From the sequence record SRR31156797_381: a DNA stretch of 64,000 bases. One strand, written 5' to 3'. The translations under genes and the position numbers were made by a program. Positions 31,398 through 43,766 of the stretch are shown here, piece by piece (positions within the stretch are counted from its first letter, which is position 1; each line of letters starts with the position of its first letter). Below the pieces are notes generated by a model. It did not search any database, was not told where the DNA came from, and saw nothing but the letters and a program-made list of their open reading frames with translations.

Positions 31398-31831
31398 TAT
31401 GTCCTCCTGTTCATTTCTCTTAGTTTTTCTAATAATCTTTCTGTTGTTTTTATATAATCTTCAATATCATCACTGGATATTCCGTCAAATAATTCATTTT
31501 CAAACTTATCCTCAATACACATAACATTCTGACACATGGTATGAGAAATTTCTGATAAATTTAAGTTGTATCTTCTTTTATCATCCTCATCTTGAGTTTT
31601 TACCAAAAATCCTTTTTTTACAAGCCTGTTTACAATATCAGATATTGTTACTCTGTCAAAACAAAGGCTATCAGCAATCTCCTTAGCAGAAATCTCACCG
31701 TCATTTAGCCTGACAGCCTTCATTACACGCCATTGCGGATAGGTTAAGTCTATCTCATCTTCTATATGAGTAATGAATGCCCTGCGAAATTCATTATTAA
31801 AATCAGCAATAGTTTTTACAAATAAATGCAC
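31397..31831 (-). CDS. MarR family transcriptional regulator (GTG start)
   Basis: LTYPQWRV, HTH, DEDDKRRY wing; stop overlaps CoADR start. Confidence 0.9.
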   Translation of the reverse strand: MHLFVKTIADFNNEFRRAFITHIEDEIDLTYPQWRVMKAVRLNDGEISAKEIADSLCFDRVTISDIVNRLVKKGFLVKTQDEDDKRRYNLNLSEISHTMCQNVMCIEDKFENELFDGISSDDIEDYIKTTERLLEKLREMNRRT

Positions 31832-31865
31832 TCTTCATCTCCATTCGTTATATTTATCACAATAT

Positions 31866-31898
31866 AGTAAGTATACTAACTTGTTAATTATTTGTCAA
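31866..31898 (-). promoter_or_regulatory. SigA promoter with MarR-type operator and Rex-like box
   Basis: TTGACA-17-TATACT; imperfect palindrome AGTAAGTATACTAACT over the -10; TTGTTAA-TTAT-TTGTCAA over the -35. Confidence 0.7.
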
Positions 31899-32351
31899 TA
31901 CCAAATCCATAAAAAAGTATGAACTAATTATGTATTCCTCTCCAAAACTATAATTAAATACAAGTGAAATGTTCAAACATAATTATTTTAACTCGTTAAA
32001 GGTTATTTTAAGCTTTCTATGATAAATATATGTTTTGATTAAGTATGTGTAGTTTTTGTCTGTTTTAATTTTGAAATGAGAATTTATGTAATTATCAGTT
32101 CTTCTGCTATTGCTGTTCTTTACATAAGGTTTTTATTATTTAAATACTACTGAAAATAAAAAACCACCTAATACAATTAACTTTAATATGAATAACAATA
32201 TCAGAGCGCAAATGAGCATCTCAAAGGTACATCAATAAACAAAATTGTTAACAAATCGACAAAACAAATATATTTATGTTAAAATAATCAATATTTTGAA
32301 TCAATAGAAGTAATTGTTATCAAAAATAATATTACTTAGAAAGGCAAATAA

Positions 32352-32867
32352 ATGAAAAAAATTAGTACGCTATTTATAATCATTGCTGTTATAGGGCTTT
32401 TTAGTGGATGCCCCGGCAGCTCTTCCTCTGCTAATGCCACAGGTGAAGCAGAAGTGGACGGCTGGATTATTACAACAAGCAACTTCGAGCTAGTAGACGA
32501 TTTATCAAATTCCATCAGCTCTCAGGAATACAACGGAGGCACAATAGAAGTTGAATACAACGAAAAACCTGGTGAAGGAATGCTCTTTGGCCTGATAAAA
32601 ATCACTGCAGAAAAGACTTCTGATGCTACAGGTAACTTCTCATGGGAAAACACATATGTAGAGGACAATGATGGGAATAAATACTACAGACATGAGAATG
32701 ATACATTCCTTTCCAATTACAATTTTCAACGAATTAAGTCAATTGATTTAACACTTGGTACAAGTAAAGGTTTTGCATGCTATGAAATATCTGAAAGCAG
32801 CAAAAAGTCCGATTTGTTTTTCGTTTATGAAGGTACAAACGATACAGTTAAAATTCAATTAAACTAA
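32352..32867 (+). CDS. Lipoprotein, possible DUF4352-like Ig-fold
   Basis: Lipobox LFSGC; beta-rich with VEDNDGNKY and KGFACYEI segments. Confidence 0.65.
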   Translation: MKKISTLFIIIAVIGLFSGCPGSSSSANATGEAEVDGWIITTSNFELVDDLSNSISSQEYNGGTIEVEYNEKPGEGMLFGLIKITAEKTSDATGNFSWENTYVEDNDGNKYYRHENDTFLSNYNFQRIKSIDLTLGTSKGFACYEISESSKKSDLFFVYEGTNDTVKIQLN

Positions 32868-32904
32868 GTCAGTTTGATTCAAATACAATATAAAGGGGAT
32901 TTAT

Positions 32905-33213
32905 ATGTTTATTTTACAACTATTAATGTTTCTGGCTCCCGGGTTCTTCGCCTGCATGTACTATTACAATGTGCGAAAAAAGAGCCTTAGTTCAGTCAAT
33001 TACTTTGTAACTTCTCTACTATTCAGTTTTCTAATAACAATATTTTCTATAGTTATGATGCTTCTGCTAAACGGCAATATAGAAATTGCAAAAGTATATT
33101 CAGATTTCAAAGGTGTGGTTACTTTCTCTACTTTTGCAGTGGTAGGAGCTGCAATACTACCGAATATACTGCTTTTATTTTCAATCGGTAAAAAGGAGAA
33201 ATCCAATGAGTAA
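32905..33213 (+). CDS. Small 3-TM membrane protein
   Basis: Three hydrophobic segments; GGGGA RBS; overlaps next start. Confidence 0.65.
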   Translation: MFILQLLMFLAPGFFACMYYYNVRKKSLSSVNYFVTSLLFSFLITIFSIVMMLLLNGNIEIAKVYSDFKGVVTFSTFAVVGAAILPNILLLFSIGKKEKSNE

Positions 33214-34894
33214 CATCAAAAAACTAATTCTTGGCATAGCTTCTATTGTTCTGCTGGCTGTAGTTATTGTATTCGGAGTGCTAAGTTCAGATAAAGATAT
33301 TACAGGTAATCTGAAATCGATTTTTAGTAAAAATACTGAAACTGAACAAGAGGTTGCAGTGGATAGTAATTTAGCAGAAATAAATAAAAGAATTGCTAGA
33401 CAATCCGAAGTGGATGCTATGCTATTAGCAGAACTAGAATCAGGTAATTACACATTAGACAATCCGCTGATTGTAGTTGATCCATATGATTGTTCACCGC
33501 TTACGGCAGTTGTAGTCTTTAATACCGAAAACGAAAGTAAAATATCAATACATGTCGAAGGAGATACTTCCCTCGCTGATGTAGATTTCACATTTGACGA
33601 CTACGGCACAGATCATATTATTCCTGTCTATGGATTATATGCTGACAGGGACAATAGTGTCACTTTAACAGCAACAACTAAAAGCAACTCAAAAGAGGAA
33701 GTTGATTTAACTATTACCACTTCATCATTAAATAAAGAAGTAAACGAGCTCATTATTGCGTCTGATTTAGCCCAACCCAGTAAATATCAGCCGGGTTTTA
33801 CTTTTTGCTTTAGAACACGCTTAATCAATGGAAAGAGCGCATTTGATGTTAACGCAGATGTAAGATGGTTCTTAGAATGTGATTATCAATCTTTTTCAAT
33901 CTATGATTATAATGGCAATATGCTGTTTTATGATGGCTCAGATTATGAGAATGGTTACATTATTGAATGTAATCCTCTAGGCAAAATATATAAGGTAATG
34001 TATGCCAAGTACGGTATACACCACGATTTATGCCAAATTGATGAGGACACACTTTTGACGACGGGAAGCTCTACACCAGATAAAACAGTCGAAGATATCA
34101 TTGTAGCGATTAATACTGAAACAGGCGAAGAAGAAGATATCATGGATTTAAAGACTATTTTCCATACTGCAAGGGATAAAGGAGATGTATCCCTGGAAGA
34201 CCCTTTCCATCTGAATGCCATTGTTCAGGTCGAAGATACCAATGATATACTCCTTTCACTGCGTTCTCAGAATGCAGTTGCCAGAATTTCATGGCCTGAT
34301 GGGGAAATTAAATGGATTATATGCCAGACAAAATACTCCACTCCGATGTATGACCCATATAGGCTTACACCAATCGGCGATGATTTTGAGTATTTTTATA
34401 CACAGCATGCTCCGTATATTATGGAAGATTTAGACGATAATCCTGATACAATTGACATACTTCTATTTGACAACGGAAGAACAAGAGAGCAGTTTGAAGA
34501 TGATATTACAGCAGATGATGTGTACAGCCGTTTAGTACATTACAGAATAGATGAAGTCAATATGACAATAGAGCAAATCGGACAGTTCGGTAAGGAGTAT
34601 GGTCTTGGTTTATTCTCAAATGTCAGAGGCGATGCAAATGTTCTGCCAAACGGTAACTGGATGGGGTTGTTTGATGTAAACACACAAACTGGCGAAGCAA
34701 ACTGGTCAAAAGCTCCTGCATATGTTGAGGTAGACGAGAATATGGATATCGTCTGGATGATGCAGATAACGACATACAGAGAAACGGAAAACGATATTTT
34801 CTTTGCAGAATACAGAACCGAGAGAATGGAAATATACAACTCCAGTGCAAATGACCTACGTATTGGAGAGGACGCTATTAATTTAATAAACTAA
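33206..34894 (+). CDS. Aryl-sulfate sulfotransferase (ASST) 1, N-terminal membrane anchor
   Basis: DPYDCSPLTA, IPVYGLYA, GIHHD, FHLNA, SLRSQN, YTQH, LFDNG, YRTER. Confidence 0.88.
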   Translation: MSNIKKLILGIASIVLLAVVIVFGVLSSDKDITGNLKSIFSKNTETEQEVAVDSNLAEINKRIARQSEVDAMLLAELESGNYTLDNPLIVVDPYDCSPLTAVVVFNTENESKISIHVEGDTSLADVDFTFDDYGTDHIIPVYGLYADRDNSVTLTATTKSNSKEEVDLTITTSSLNKEVNELIIASDLAQPSKYQPGFTFCFRTRLINGKSAFDVNADVRWFLECDYQSFSIYDYNGNMLFYDGSDYENGYIIECNPLGKIYKVMYAKYGIHHDLCQIDEDTLLTTGSSTPDKTVEDIIVAINTETGEEEDIMDLKTIFHTARDKGDVSLEDPFHLNAIVQVEDTNDILLSLRSQNAVARISWPDGEIKWIICQTKYSTPMYDPYRLTPIGDDFEYFYTQHAPYIMEDLDDNPDTIDILLFDNGRTREQFEDDITADDVYSRLVHYRIDEVNMTIEQIGQFGKEYGLGLFSNVRGDANVLPNGNWMGLFDVNTQTGEANWSKAPAYVEVDENMDIVWMMQITTYRETENDIFFAEYRTERMEIYNSSANDLRIGEDAINLIN

Positions 34895-34914
34895 ACTACT
34901 ATTAGGGGGAACTA

Positions 34915-37023
34915 ATGAAAAAACAATCAAAAAGGATACTATTAATCATTGGTGTTATAGTCATTGTACTAGCAGCACTGGCAGCAGCTTATTACTTCTT
35001 TGTAATGAAATCGCCACTTACACCAAGTGCAAAAGAACTAGCTGAATTAACAGAGGTACCAGAAACTGATTTCCTGCAGGCACAAGCTGAAATTGAACAG
35101 GAGATACTTGCTGACTATAGTAACGGCAGTTATACTATTGATAACCCATATATTATAATTGATCCATATGACTTTAATCCTTTGTCAGCATTAATAATAT
35201 TTGATTCTGATACTTCCAGTGATATTACAGTCACTATAGAGGGAACTGATGAGTACTCAACTATTGAATATACCAAATCCATTGATGACACCCACTATGA
35301 AATCCCTGTAATCGGGCTATATGCAGGTAAAGACAATCAAGTAACTATCACCGATGGAGACGGAAATTCTGTTCAATTAACAATCACTACTGAACCTCTG
35401 CCAAGCGACTTTGATACACATGAATTAATAACATCACAACCTGATAAAATGGAACCTGGACTTACTTTACTTAGCAAAGCAATGAATATTTCATACAGTG
35501 CACTTGTTGACTGCTATGGTGAAATCAGAGGATATGTTTCACAGACTACTATGGTTCATGGATCTGCAATAACGCTATTAGAAAATGGTCATATGATAAG
35601 CTCAGGCAATGAATATCTGTTTGGTTCATACAATAAATACACTATGATTGAGTTTAACTGGTTAGGCAAAATATTCACTGAATATCAAATGCCAAATGGT
35701 ATTCACCACGATGTGGAAGAACTGCCTGACGGAAATCTGCTGGTAGTGTCAAATCCTGCTGATGCATTTGCTGCTGGTACTGTAGAGGACGTAGTTATTG
35801 TTGTAGACCGTGAAACAGGTGAAGTAATAAAAGAATATGATTATAGCAATATAGTCGACAATACACTTGTTCCATTCACTAACGGAGCAAATATACAAGC
35901 ATATGGTGCACTTAACGACTGGCTGCACATAAATAGCGCAACATATGATAAGGAGCATAATATGATTATTGCATCTGCTCGTACTCAATCATACGTTGTT
36001 GCGATTGATGCTGATTCTTTAGAAATCCAATGGGTTCTAGGTGCAGATGAATTGTTTGAAGACTCATACATGAAAGATTATCAGCTGACACCAGTTGGAG
36101 ATGATTTTGAGATACAGTGGTGCCAGCATGAAGTGCAGATTATGCCTGATATGGATGACAATTCTGATACTATGGATATAATTCTCTTCGACAACGGTCA
36201 ATATAGATCTACTGATATGGAAACAGTCGTTGCAGCTGAAGATAACTATTCCAGAGGTGTTCAGTTTAGAATAAATATGAGCGAAATGACTGTCGAACAG
36301 ATTTGGCAGTATGGTAAAGAACGGGGAATAGAAACCTATTCTGCAATCTTAGGTGATGCAAACTATTATGAATTAACCGGCAATAGAATGATGTGCTACG
36401 GAGGACAGGTACGAGATGGAGACGGTAATTCTGCTAATAATCCTAGTGTAATATATGGTAACGGCGGCAAGCTGATTTCACGCATTATTGAAGTTACAGA
36501 AGATAGAGAAATTGTCTTTGAGTTAACAGGCGAGCCAAGTGAGAATGATTATTCTGGTGAAACATATCAAGCTACAAGAATACCATTATATGTTGATAGT
36601 GCTTATGACTATCAGTTAGGAGATATCACTGGTGAGCGTCTGGGGACAACACATGTCGAGTCGCAGGTAGCCGATATAAGTGAAATGCCAGAGGAGTTTA
36701 CAGACACTATAGATGTACAAACAAGCAATATCTATCAAAAGGATAACAGGCTGATAATATCAGGCACAATCAAAGGAACAGGAGATATGAATTCAGTTAT
36801 TGGCATCTGTAATGTTGCATTTATTTCAAAAAGTGAGTGTATAGCATACGAAACACGTATTGGCAGCTCTGGTGCATTCCTTGCATCTATTGATTTATCT
36901 GAACTGCCAAAAGGCGAGTATATGATTACTTACTATGGAGAAGTTACAGAATCATCTACTATGGAAGATGCTGAGTTTGTATCAGGTCACATAAAGAGCG
37001 GTTACAAAATCACAATCGAATAA
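34915..37023 (+). CDS. Aryl-sulfate sulfotransferase (ASST) 2, with C-terminal extension
   Basis: DPYDFNPLSA, IPVIGLYA, GIHHD, DWLHINS, SARTQS, WCQH, LFDNG. Confidence 0.9.
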   Translation: MKKQSKRILLIIGVIVIVLAALAAAYYFFVMKSPLTPSAKELAELTEVPETDFLQAQAEIEQEILADYSNGSYTIDNPYIIIDPYDFNPLSALIIFDSDTSSDITVTIEGTDEYSTIEYTKSIDDTHYEIPVIGLYAGKDNQVTITDGDGNSVQLTITTEPLPSDFDTHELITSQPDKMEPGLTLLSKAMNISYSALVDCYGEIRGYVSQTTMVHGSAITLLENGHMISSGNEYLFGSYNKYTMIEFNWLGKIFTEYQMPNGIHHDVEELPDGNLLVVSNPADAFAAGTVEDVVIVVDRETGEVIKEYDYSNIVDNTLVPFTNGANIQAYGALNDWLHINSATYDKEHNMIIASARTQSYVVAIDADSLEIQWVLGADELFEDSYMKDYQLTPVGDDFEIQWCQHEVQIMPDMDDNSDTMDIILFDNGQYRSTDMETVVAAEDNYSRGVQFRINMSEMTVEQIWQYGKERGIETYSAILGDANYYELTGNRMMCYGGQVRDGDGNSANNPSVIYGNGGKLISRIIEVTEDREIVFELTGEPSENDYSGETYQATRIPLYVDSAYDYQLGDITGERLGTTHVESQVADISEMPEEFTDTIDVQTSNIYQKDNRLIISGTIKGTGDMNSVIGICNVAFISKSECIAYETRIGSSGAFLASIDLSELPKGEYMITYYGEVTESSTMEDAEFVSGHIKSGYKITIE

Positions 37024-37047
37024 ATATATTCATATTAATACACAGAC

Positions 37048-37083
37048 ACAGGCATATCATTATGGTATGCCTGTTCTTTTTTT
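37048..37083 (+). terminator. Terminator after ASST2
   Basis: ACAGGCATATCA-T-TATGGTATGCCTGT followed by a T-run. Confidence 0.75.
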
Positions 37084-37202
37084 ATATAGTATTACATTTA
37101 CAATCATATCTGCCTAACAATATATCCATTATTCTATAGTTATAATATCCCAATTATGATATAATAATTGTTGAGTTTTTATAGGTTATTTGGGGGAATA
37201 CA

Positions 37203-39305
37203 GTGGATAGAAAGAAAAAGCTGCTATTAATTTATTGCATAATAATCCTGATATTATTAATTCTAATCGGAGGTTCTATCTATACCTTAACTCAAGGTAT
37301 ACTGGTAAAACCAGATGCAGAAGAATTAGCTGGATTAAATAATATACAAGATAAAGATATTATAGAGTTCCAGTGTCAGCGTGAAATTGAAATTTATTCT
37401 GATTATTACAGCAATCATTATACTATGAAAAGTCCCTATGTAGTTACAGACCCATATAAATTTAACCCATTATGTGCTCAGGTTATTTTCGATGCAGACT
37501 ATTCTAGCGATATCAGAGTTGTAATAGAAGGCAAAGATATATATTCAACAATAGAATACACAAAGACAATTAATGACACTCACTATGAAATACCAATTAT
37601 AGGTCTGTATCCTGATACTCATAACAAGGTACATATATACGATAACAGAGGCAATTGCAAGGACTTAACATTTCTAACTCCTCCTCTACCTGATGACTTT
37701 GAAGTATATGAAATGGTAACCTCCAATCCTCAGTTAATGGGAAAAGGGTTAACTCTTGCATCAGCATATTATGAAAATTCATATACCGCCCTACTAGACT
37801 GTTATGGTGATGTCAGAGGATATATTTCCAACAAACAAATAGCTCATGGTACATCAATTACGCTATTGGAAAACGGCAGAATATTATCTGCTGGAGATGA
37901 ATACAAGTATCTTCCTAATAATATGACCAATCTATATGAATATAATTGGCTGGGAAAAGTATTTAAAGAATATATGATACCAAATGGTATCAGCTGCAAT
38001 GTGAAAGAGCTTGATAACGGCAACTTGATTGCTGTAAGCAACAGATATGATATGTTCCATCACAGTACAAACAATGATACAGTAATTATTATTGATAGGA
38101 ATACTGGTGAAATAATCAAAGAATATGATTTTAATGATATCCTGGGCAATACAAAGCAGGCTTCTTCCTTCTTTATGCAGAATAATTTCGTTTATTCACC
38201 AATAAATGACTATCTCATGATAACTTCTGCAGAGTACAATAATCAAAACGATAGCATTATTGTAGCATCAAAAAAACAATCTCAATTAATATGTATTGAT
38301 GCCAAGACAAGTGAGATAAAATGGATAATTGGCTCTTCTGATAATGACGAAGAAACCAGTGATTTTTTGTCAGACTATCAATTAACACCAACTGGCGAAA
38401 ATTTCCAATGGCAGCGAAGCCAGCATCAGATTACGATACTGCCTGATATGGATAATAATGAAAATACAGTAGAGATAATCCTCTTTGATAATGGCCAGAA
38501 CAATAGTTATTCAGAGGAATATACTTTTACCACTGAAAATAGTTACCCAAGAGGAGTTATCTACAGCATAGATGAAAGGAACATGACTGTAAAACAATTA
38601 TGGGAATATGAGAATATGCTAGAAACCCAGTGCTATAATACTATCCTAGGATATGCAGATTATTTACCTGTAACACAAAACAAGATAATATGCTATACCA
38701 GCCAGGATCAGACAGATAATGATGAGATAGAAAGTATTGCATCAAGTAATCAGATAGTATCAAAGATAGTTGAGATTACAAATGAAAATGAAGTAGTCTA
38801 TGAAGTTACATGCACTCCTTCAGATAATGATTATTCAGCAAATATCTATCAGGCTAAGAGAATACCATTGTATATAGATAAAGCTTACAATTACTATATA
38901 GGAAATATTTATGGTCAGCGAATAGGCAACGAGTTGTGCGACAACTTGATAACGAACAAGAAAAACGCAGTACCAATTTACTTTACAGATTCACTGTCAG
39001 TCAATTTTAATACTCTATATCAAAAGGATGATAGATTAATAATCGATGCAGTATTATCAAAGAGTGACGATACTTCTATAAACAATCAGATTAATCTAGC
39101 ATTAATATCACAAGAAGATAAATTCGGCTTTACAACACGGCAGGGGTTATCCGGCAGAATATTATGCTCTATAAATTTAACACAAATTCCCAAAGGAGAA
39201 TATTTAATATCATTCTATGCAGATGTCAATTGCGAAGATGCTCCCTTTATATTTAGATGGATGAAAGGACACTGCAGAACAGAGTATAAAGTAGCAATAC
39301 ATTGA
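37203..39305 (+). CDS. ASST paralogue 3 with degenerate active-site motifs
   Basis: Colinear with ASST2, but GISCN, YLMITS and ASKKQS replace GIHHD, WLHINS and SARTQS; SQH retained. Confidence 0.82.
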   Translation: MDRKKKLLLIYCIIILILLILIGGSIYTLTQGILVKPDAEELAGLNNIQDKDIIEFQCQREIEIYSDYYSNHYTMKSPYVVTDPYKFNPLCAQVIFDADYSSDIRVVIEGKDIYSTIEYTKTINDTHYEIPIIGLYPDTHNKVHIYDNRGNCKDLTFLTPPLPDDFEVYEMVTSNPQLMGKGLTLASAYYENSYTALLDCYGDVRGYISNKQIAHGTSITLLENGRILSAGDEYKYLPNNMTNLYEYNWLGKVFKEYMIPNGISCNVKELDNGNLIAVSNRYDMFHHSTNNDTVIIIDRNTGEIIKEYDFNDILGNTKQASSFFMQNNFVYSPINDYLMITSAEYNNQNDSIIVASKKQSQLICIDAKTSEIKWIIGSSDNDEETSDFLSDYQLTPTGENFQWQRSQHQITILPDMDNNENTVEIILFDNGQNNSYSEEYTFTTENSYPRGVIYSIDERNMTVKQLWEYENMLETQCYNTILGYADYLPVTQNKIICYTSQDQTDNDEIESIASSNQIVSKIVEITNENEVVYEVTCTPSDNDYSANIYQAKRIPLYIDKAYNYYIGNIYGQRIGNELCDNLITNKKNAVPIYFTDSLSVNFNTLYQKDDRLIIDAVLSKSDDTSINNQINLALISQEDKFGFTTRQGLSGRILCSINLTQIPKGEYLISFYADVNCEDAPFIFRWMKGHCRTEYKVAIH

Positions 39306-39423
39306 TTTTAATACCAAAAAGCTGCTATGATAATGTGATTAATCCCTTATATTATGCAATTAATAGTTAATATAGGGGATTTGTGATATACTGTTCTCAA
39401 ATACAGTGAAGCAGGAGATTATC

Positions 39424-40107
39424 ATGGTTAACATAAGTGAAATAATATTTAGTCTGGCTTATTTAGTAATAATGACAGTAATAATAATATTTATGTTGAT
39501 TAAATTAAAAAAGATTAATCCAGATGAAAAATCTCTTGCCAAACTCTTTATTGCAGCTTTCTCATTACTCTTAATAGGTGATGGTTTTCACTTAGTTACC
39601 AGAATAATTGCTATTACGAATAGCAGCTTGCCAACTATATCAGTACTAATGGGCTTTGGTTCAATAACAACAGCTATAACATTTACTATTTTCTTTATGA
39701 TATTTGCATCAATTTGGTGCAAGAAATCCAATTGCAACCATAATGCACTTTGGTGGATATTGATTTCTATTGGTATTATCAGATTAATAATTCTGCTTCT
39801 GCCACAGAATGATTGGTTTGGCGAATCATCATCTAGGACATTGCAGTTGATCAGAAATGCATTTTTGATAATTCAAGGATTCAGTACCGGTTATGTGTTC
39901 ATTAAATATGGTCTTAAGTATAAAAATAGGTTATTTAAGTCTATGGGTTTTATGATTATAATTTCATTTTTAGTGTATCTGCCTGCTTATCTTTTTACAA
40001 AATTAAGCTATCAGATAATAATTACTGTATTCATCCTGCACACTATATGTTATATAATAACTGCTTTTATTACGGCTAAATGGTTTTATATTAACGCAGC
40101 ATCATAA
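39424..40107 (+). CDS. Uncharacterised ~7-TM membrane protein
   Basis: GDGFHLVTR, PQNDW and IRN motifs; AGGAGA RBS before ATG 39424. Confidence 0.7.
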   Translation: MVNISEIIFSLAYLVIMTVIIIFMLIKLKKINPDEKSLAKLFIAAFSLLLIGDGFHLVTRIIAITNSSLPTISVLMGFGSITTAITFTIFFMIFASIWCKKSNCNHNALWWILISIGIIRLIILLLPQNDWFGESSSRTLQLIRNAFLIIQGFSTGYVFIKYGLKYKNRLFKSMGFMIIISFLVYLPAYLFTKLSYQIIITVFILHTICYIITAFITAKWFYINAAS

Positions 40108-40160
40108 ATAAGGCAAAAGAAAAGCCCTCTATGGGCTCTCTTTATTGCTTATTATGGGTA

Positions 40161-40451
40161 TTAAACCATGCTCTCAGCATCAAATTCTTCGTTTACAGAA
40201 TCAATTCCACGTCTGTCAAACATTAGCTTTGTATCATCAGGACCAATAGAAACAGTTATAATATCGTCCTTGATTTTTACAACTGTACCATACATACGTC
40301 CGATGGTTGTTATTCTATCTCCAACCTTCAAATTATTAAGCATTTCCTGTCTTGTTTTTTGTTGCTTTCTTTGTGGTCTTATTACAAAGAAGAAGAAAAC
40401 AACTCCCATTACCGCTATCATTAATAGCATTTGCATTGTTTCGCCAGTCAT
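40161..40451 (-). CDS. yajC: Preprotein translocase subunit YajC
   Basis: FFVIRPQRKQQK, LKVGDRITTIG. Confidence 0.93.
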   Translation of the reverse strand: MTGETMQMLLMIAVMGVVFFFFVIRPQRKQQKTRQEMLNNLKVGDRITTIGRMYGTVVKIKDDIITVSIGPDDTKLMFDRRGIDSVNEEFDAESMV

Positions 40452-40568
40452 ATTTAATTTCCTTCCTTCAATTATTTTAATTTACGCCAGTTTATAATAC
40501 ACTAGAAAGAGCCAATTTGCAACTTTAGTGTATAAATTGTCATAAATTCTGTTCGTATCCCATATTTT

Positions 40569-42715
<2,147 letters not shown>

Positions 42716-42729
<14 letters not shown>

Positions 42730-43765
42730 AAAAACTCAATTGTTTATCTTTCTTCTTATTTGTATTGTCTTGATATTTCAAGCCAAGGTGTTCATATGCG
42801 GCAGGCATTGCAACTCTGCCTCTTGGTGTTCTGCTTATAAATCCTAATTGCAGCAGATATGGCTCATATACATCCTCGATAGTAACATTTTCCTCGCCTG
42901 TTGCTGCTGCTAAAGTGTCAAGCCCTACTGGTCCGCCGCCGAATTTCTTAATAATTGCATTAAGGATATTCCTATCCACATTATCAAGCCCCAGCCTGTC
43001 CACTTCCAGCATATCAAGCCCAGCTGATGCGACTTCCTTTGTAATTGTACCATCAGCCCTCATTTGTGCATAATCACGAACACGCTTAAGTAGTCTGTTT
43101 GCTATTCTTGGCGTACCTCTGGAGCGGAGTGCAATCTCTATTGCACCATCATCATATACTTGAGTATTCAGTATTTTAGCTGAACGCTTTACTATTGTAG
43201 CCAGTTCATCAGTATTGTACATCTGCAGTCGGCAGATTACACCGAATCTGTCGTATAATGGTGATGTCAGCATACCTGCTCTGGTTGTTGCACCTACCAA
43301 AGTAAACTTCGCCAAGTCAAGACGAATGCTTCTAGCAGATGGACCTTTACCAATTATTATGTCCAGTTTGTAGTCCTCCATTGCAGGATATAAGATCTCA
43401 GCAATAGAATTATTCAGCCTGTGGATTTCATCTATAAAAAGTACATCACCTTCACCAAGGTTGGTAAGAATAGCTGCCAGGTCTCCTGTTCGCTCAATGG
43501 CAGGACCTGATGTCGTACGAATCTGAACACCTAATTCATTAGCAATAATATTACTTAATGTGGTTTTCCCCAAGCCCGGAGGTCCATACAGTAATACATG
43601 GTCAAGAGCCTCGCCTCTCTCCTTTGCCGCACCAATAAATATCCCAAGCTGTTCTTTCGCCTTTTCCTGTCCAATATATTCACTCATCCCGCTGGGACGG
43701 AGAGATTTCTCAATATCTATGTCCATTTCGGACTTATTAGCATCCATATATCTATTCTCTATCAT
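42716..43765 (-). CDS. ruvB: Holliday junction branch migration helicase RuvB
   Basis: [30 protein letters not shown]. Confidence 0.98.
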
Positions 43766-43766
43766 G

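Noticed and set aside
32352-40107. Mobile element or prophage explanation for the ASST island
   Set aside because: No integrase, transposase, att-like direct repeats or adjacent tRNA seen
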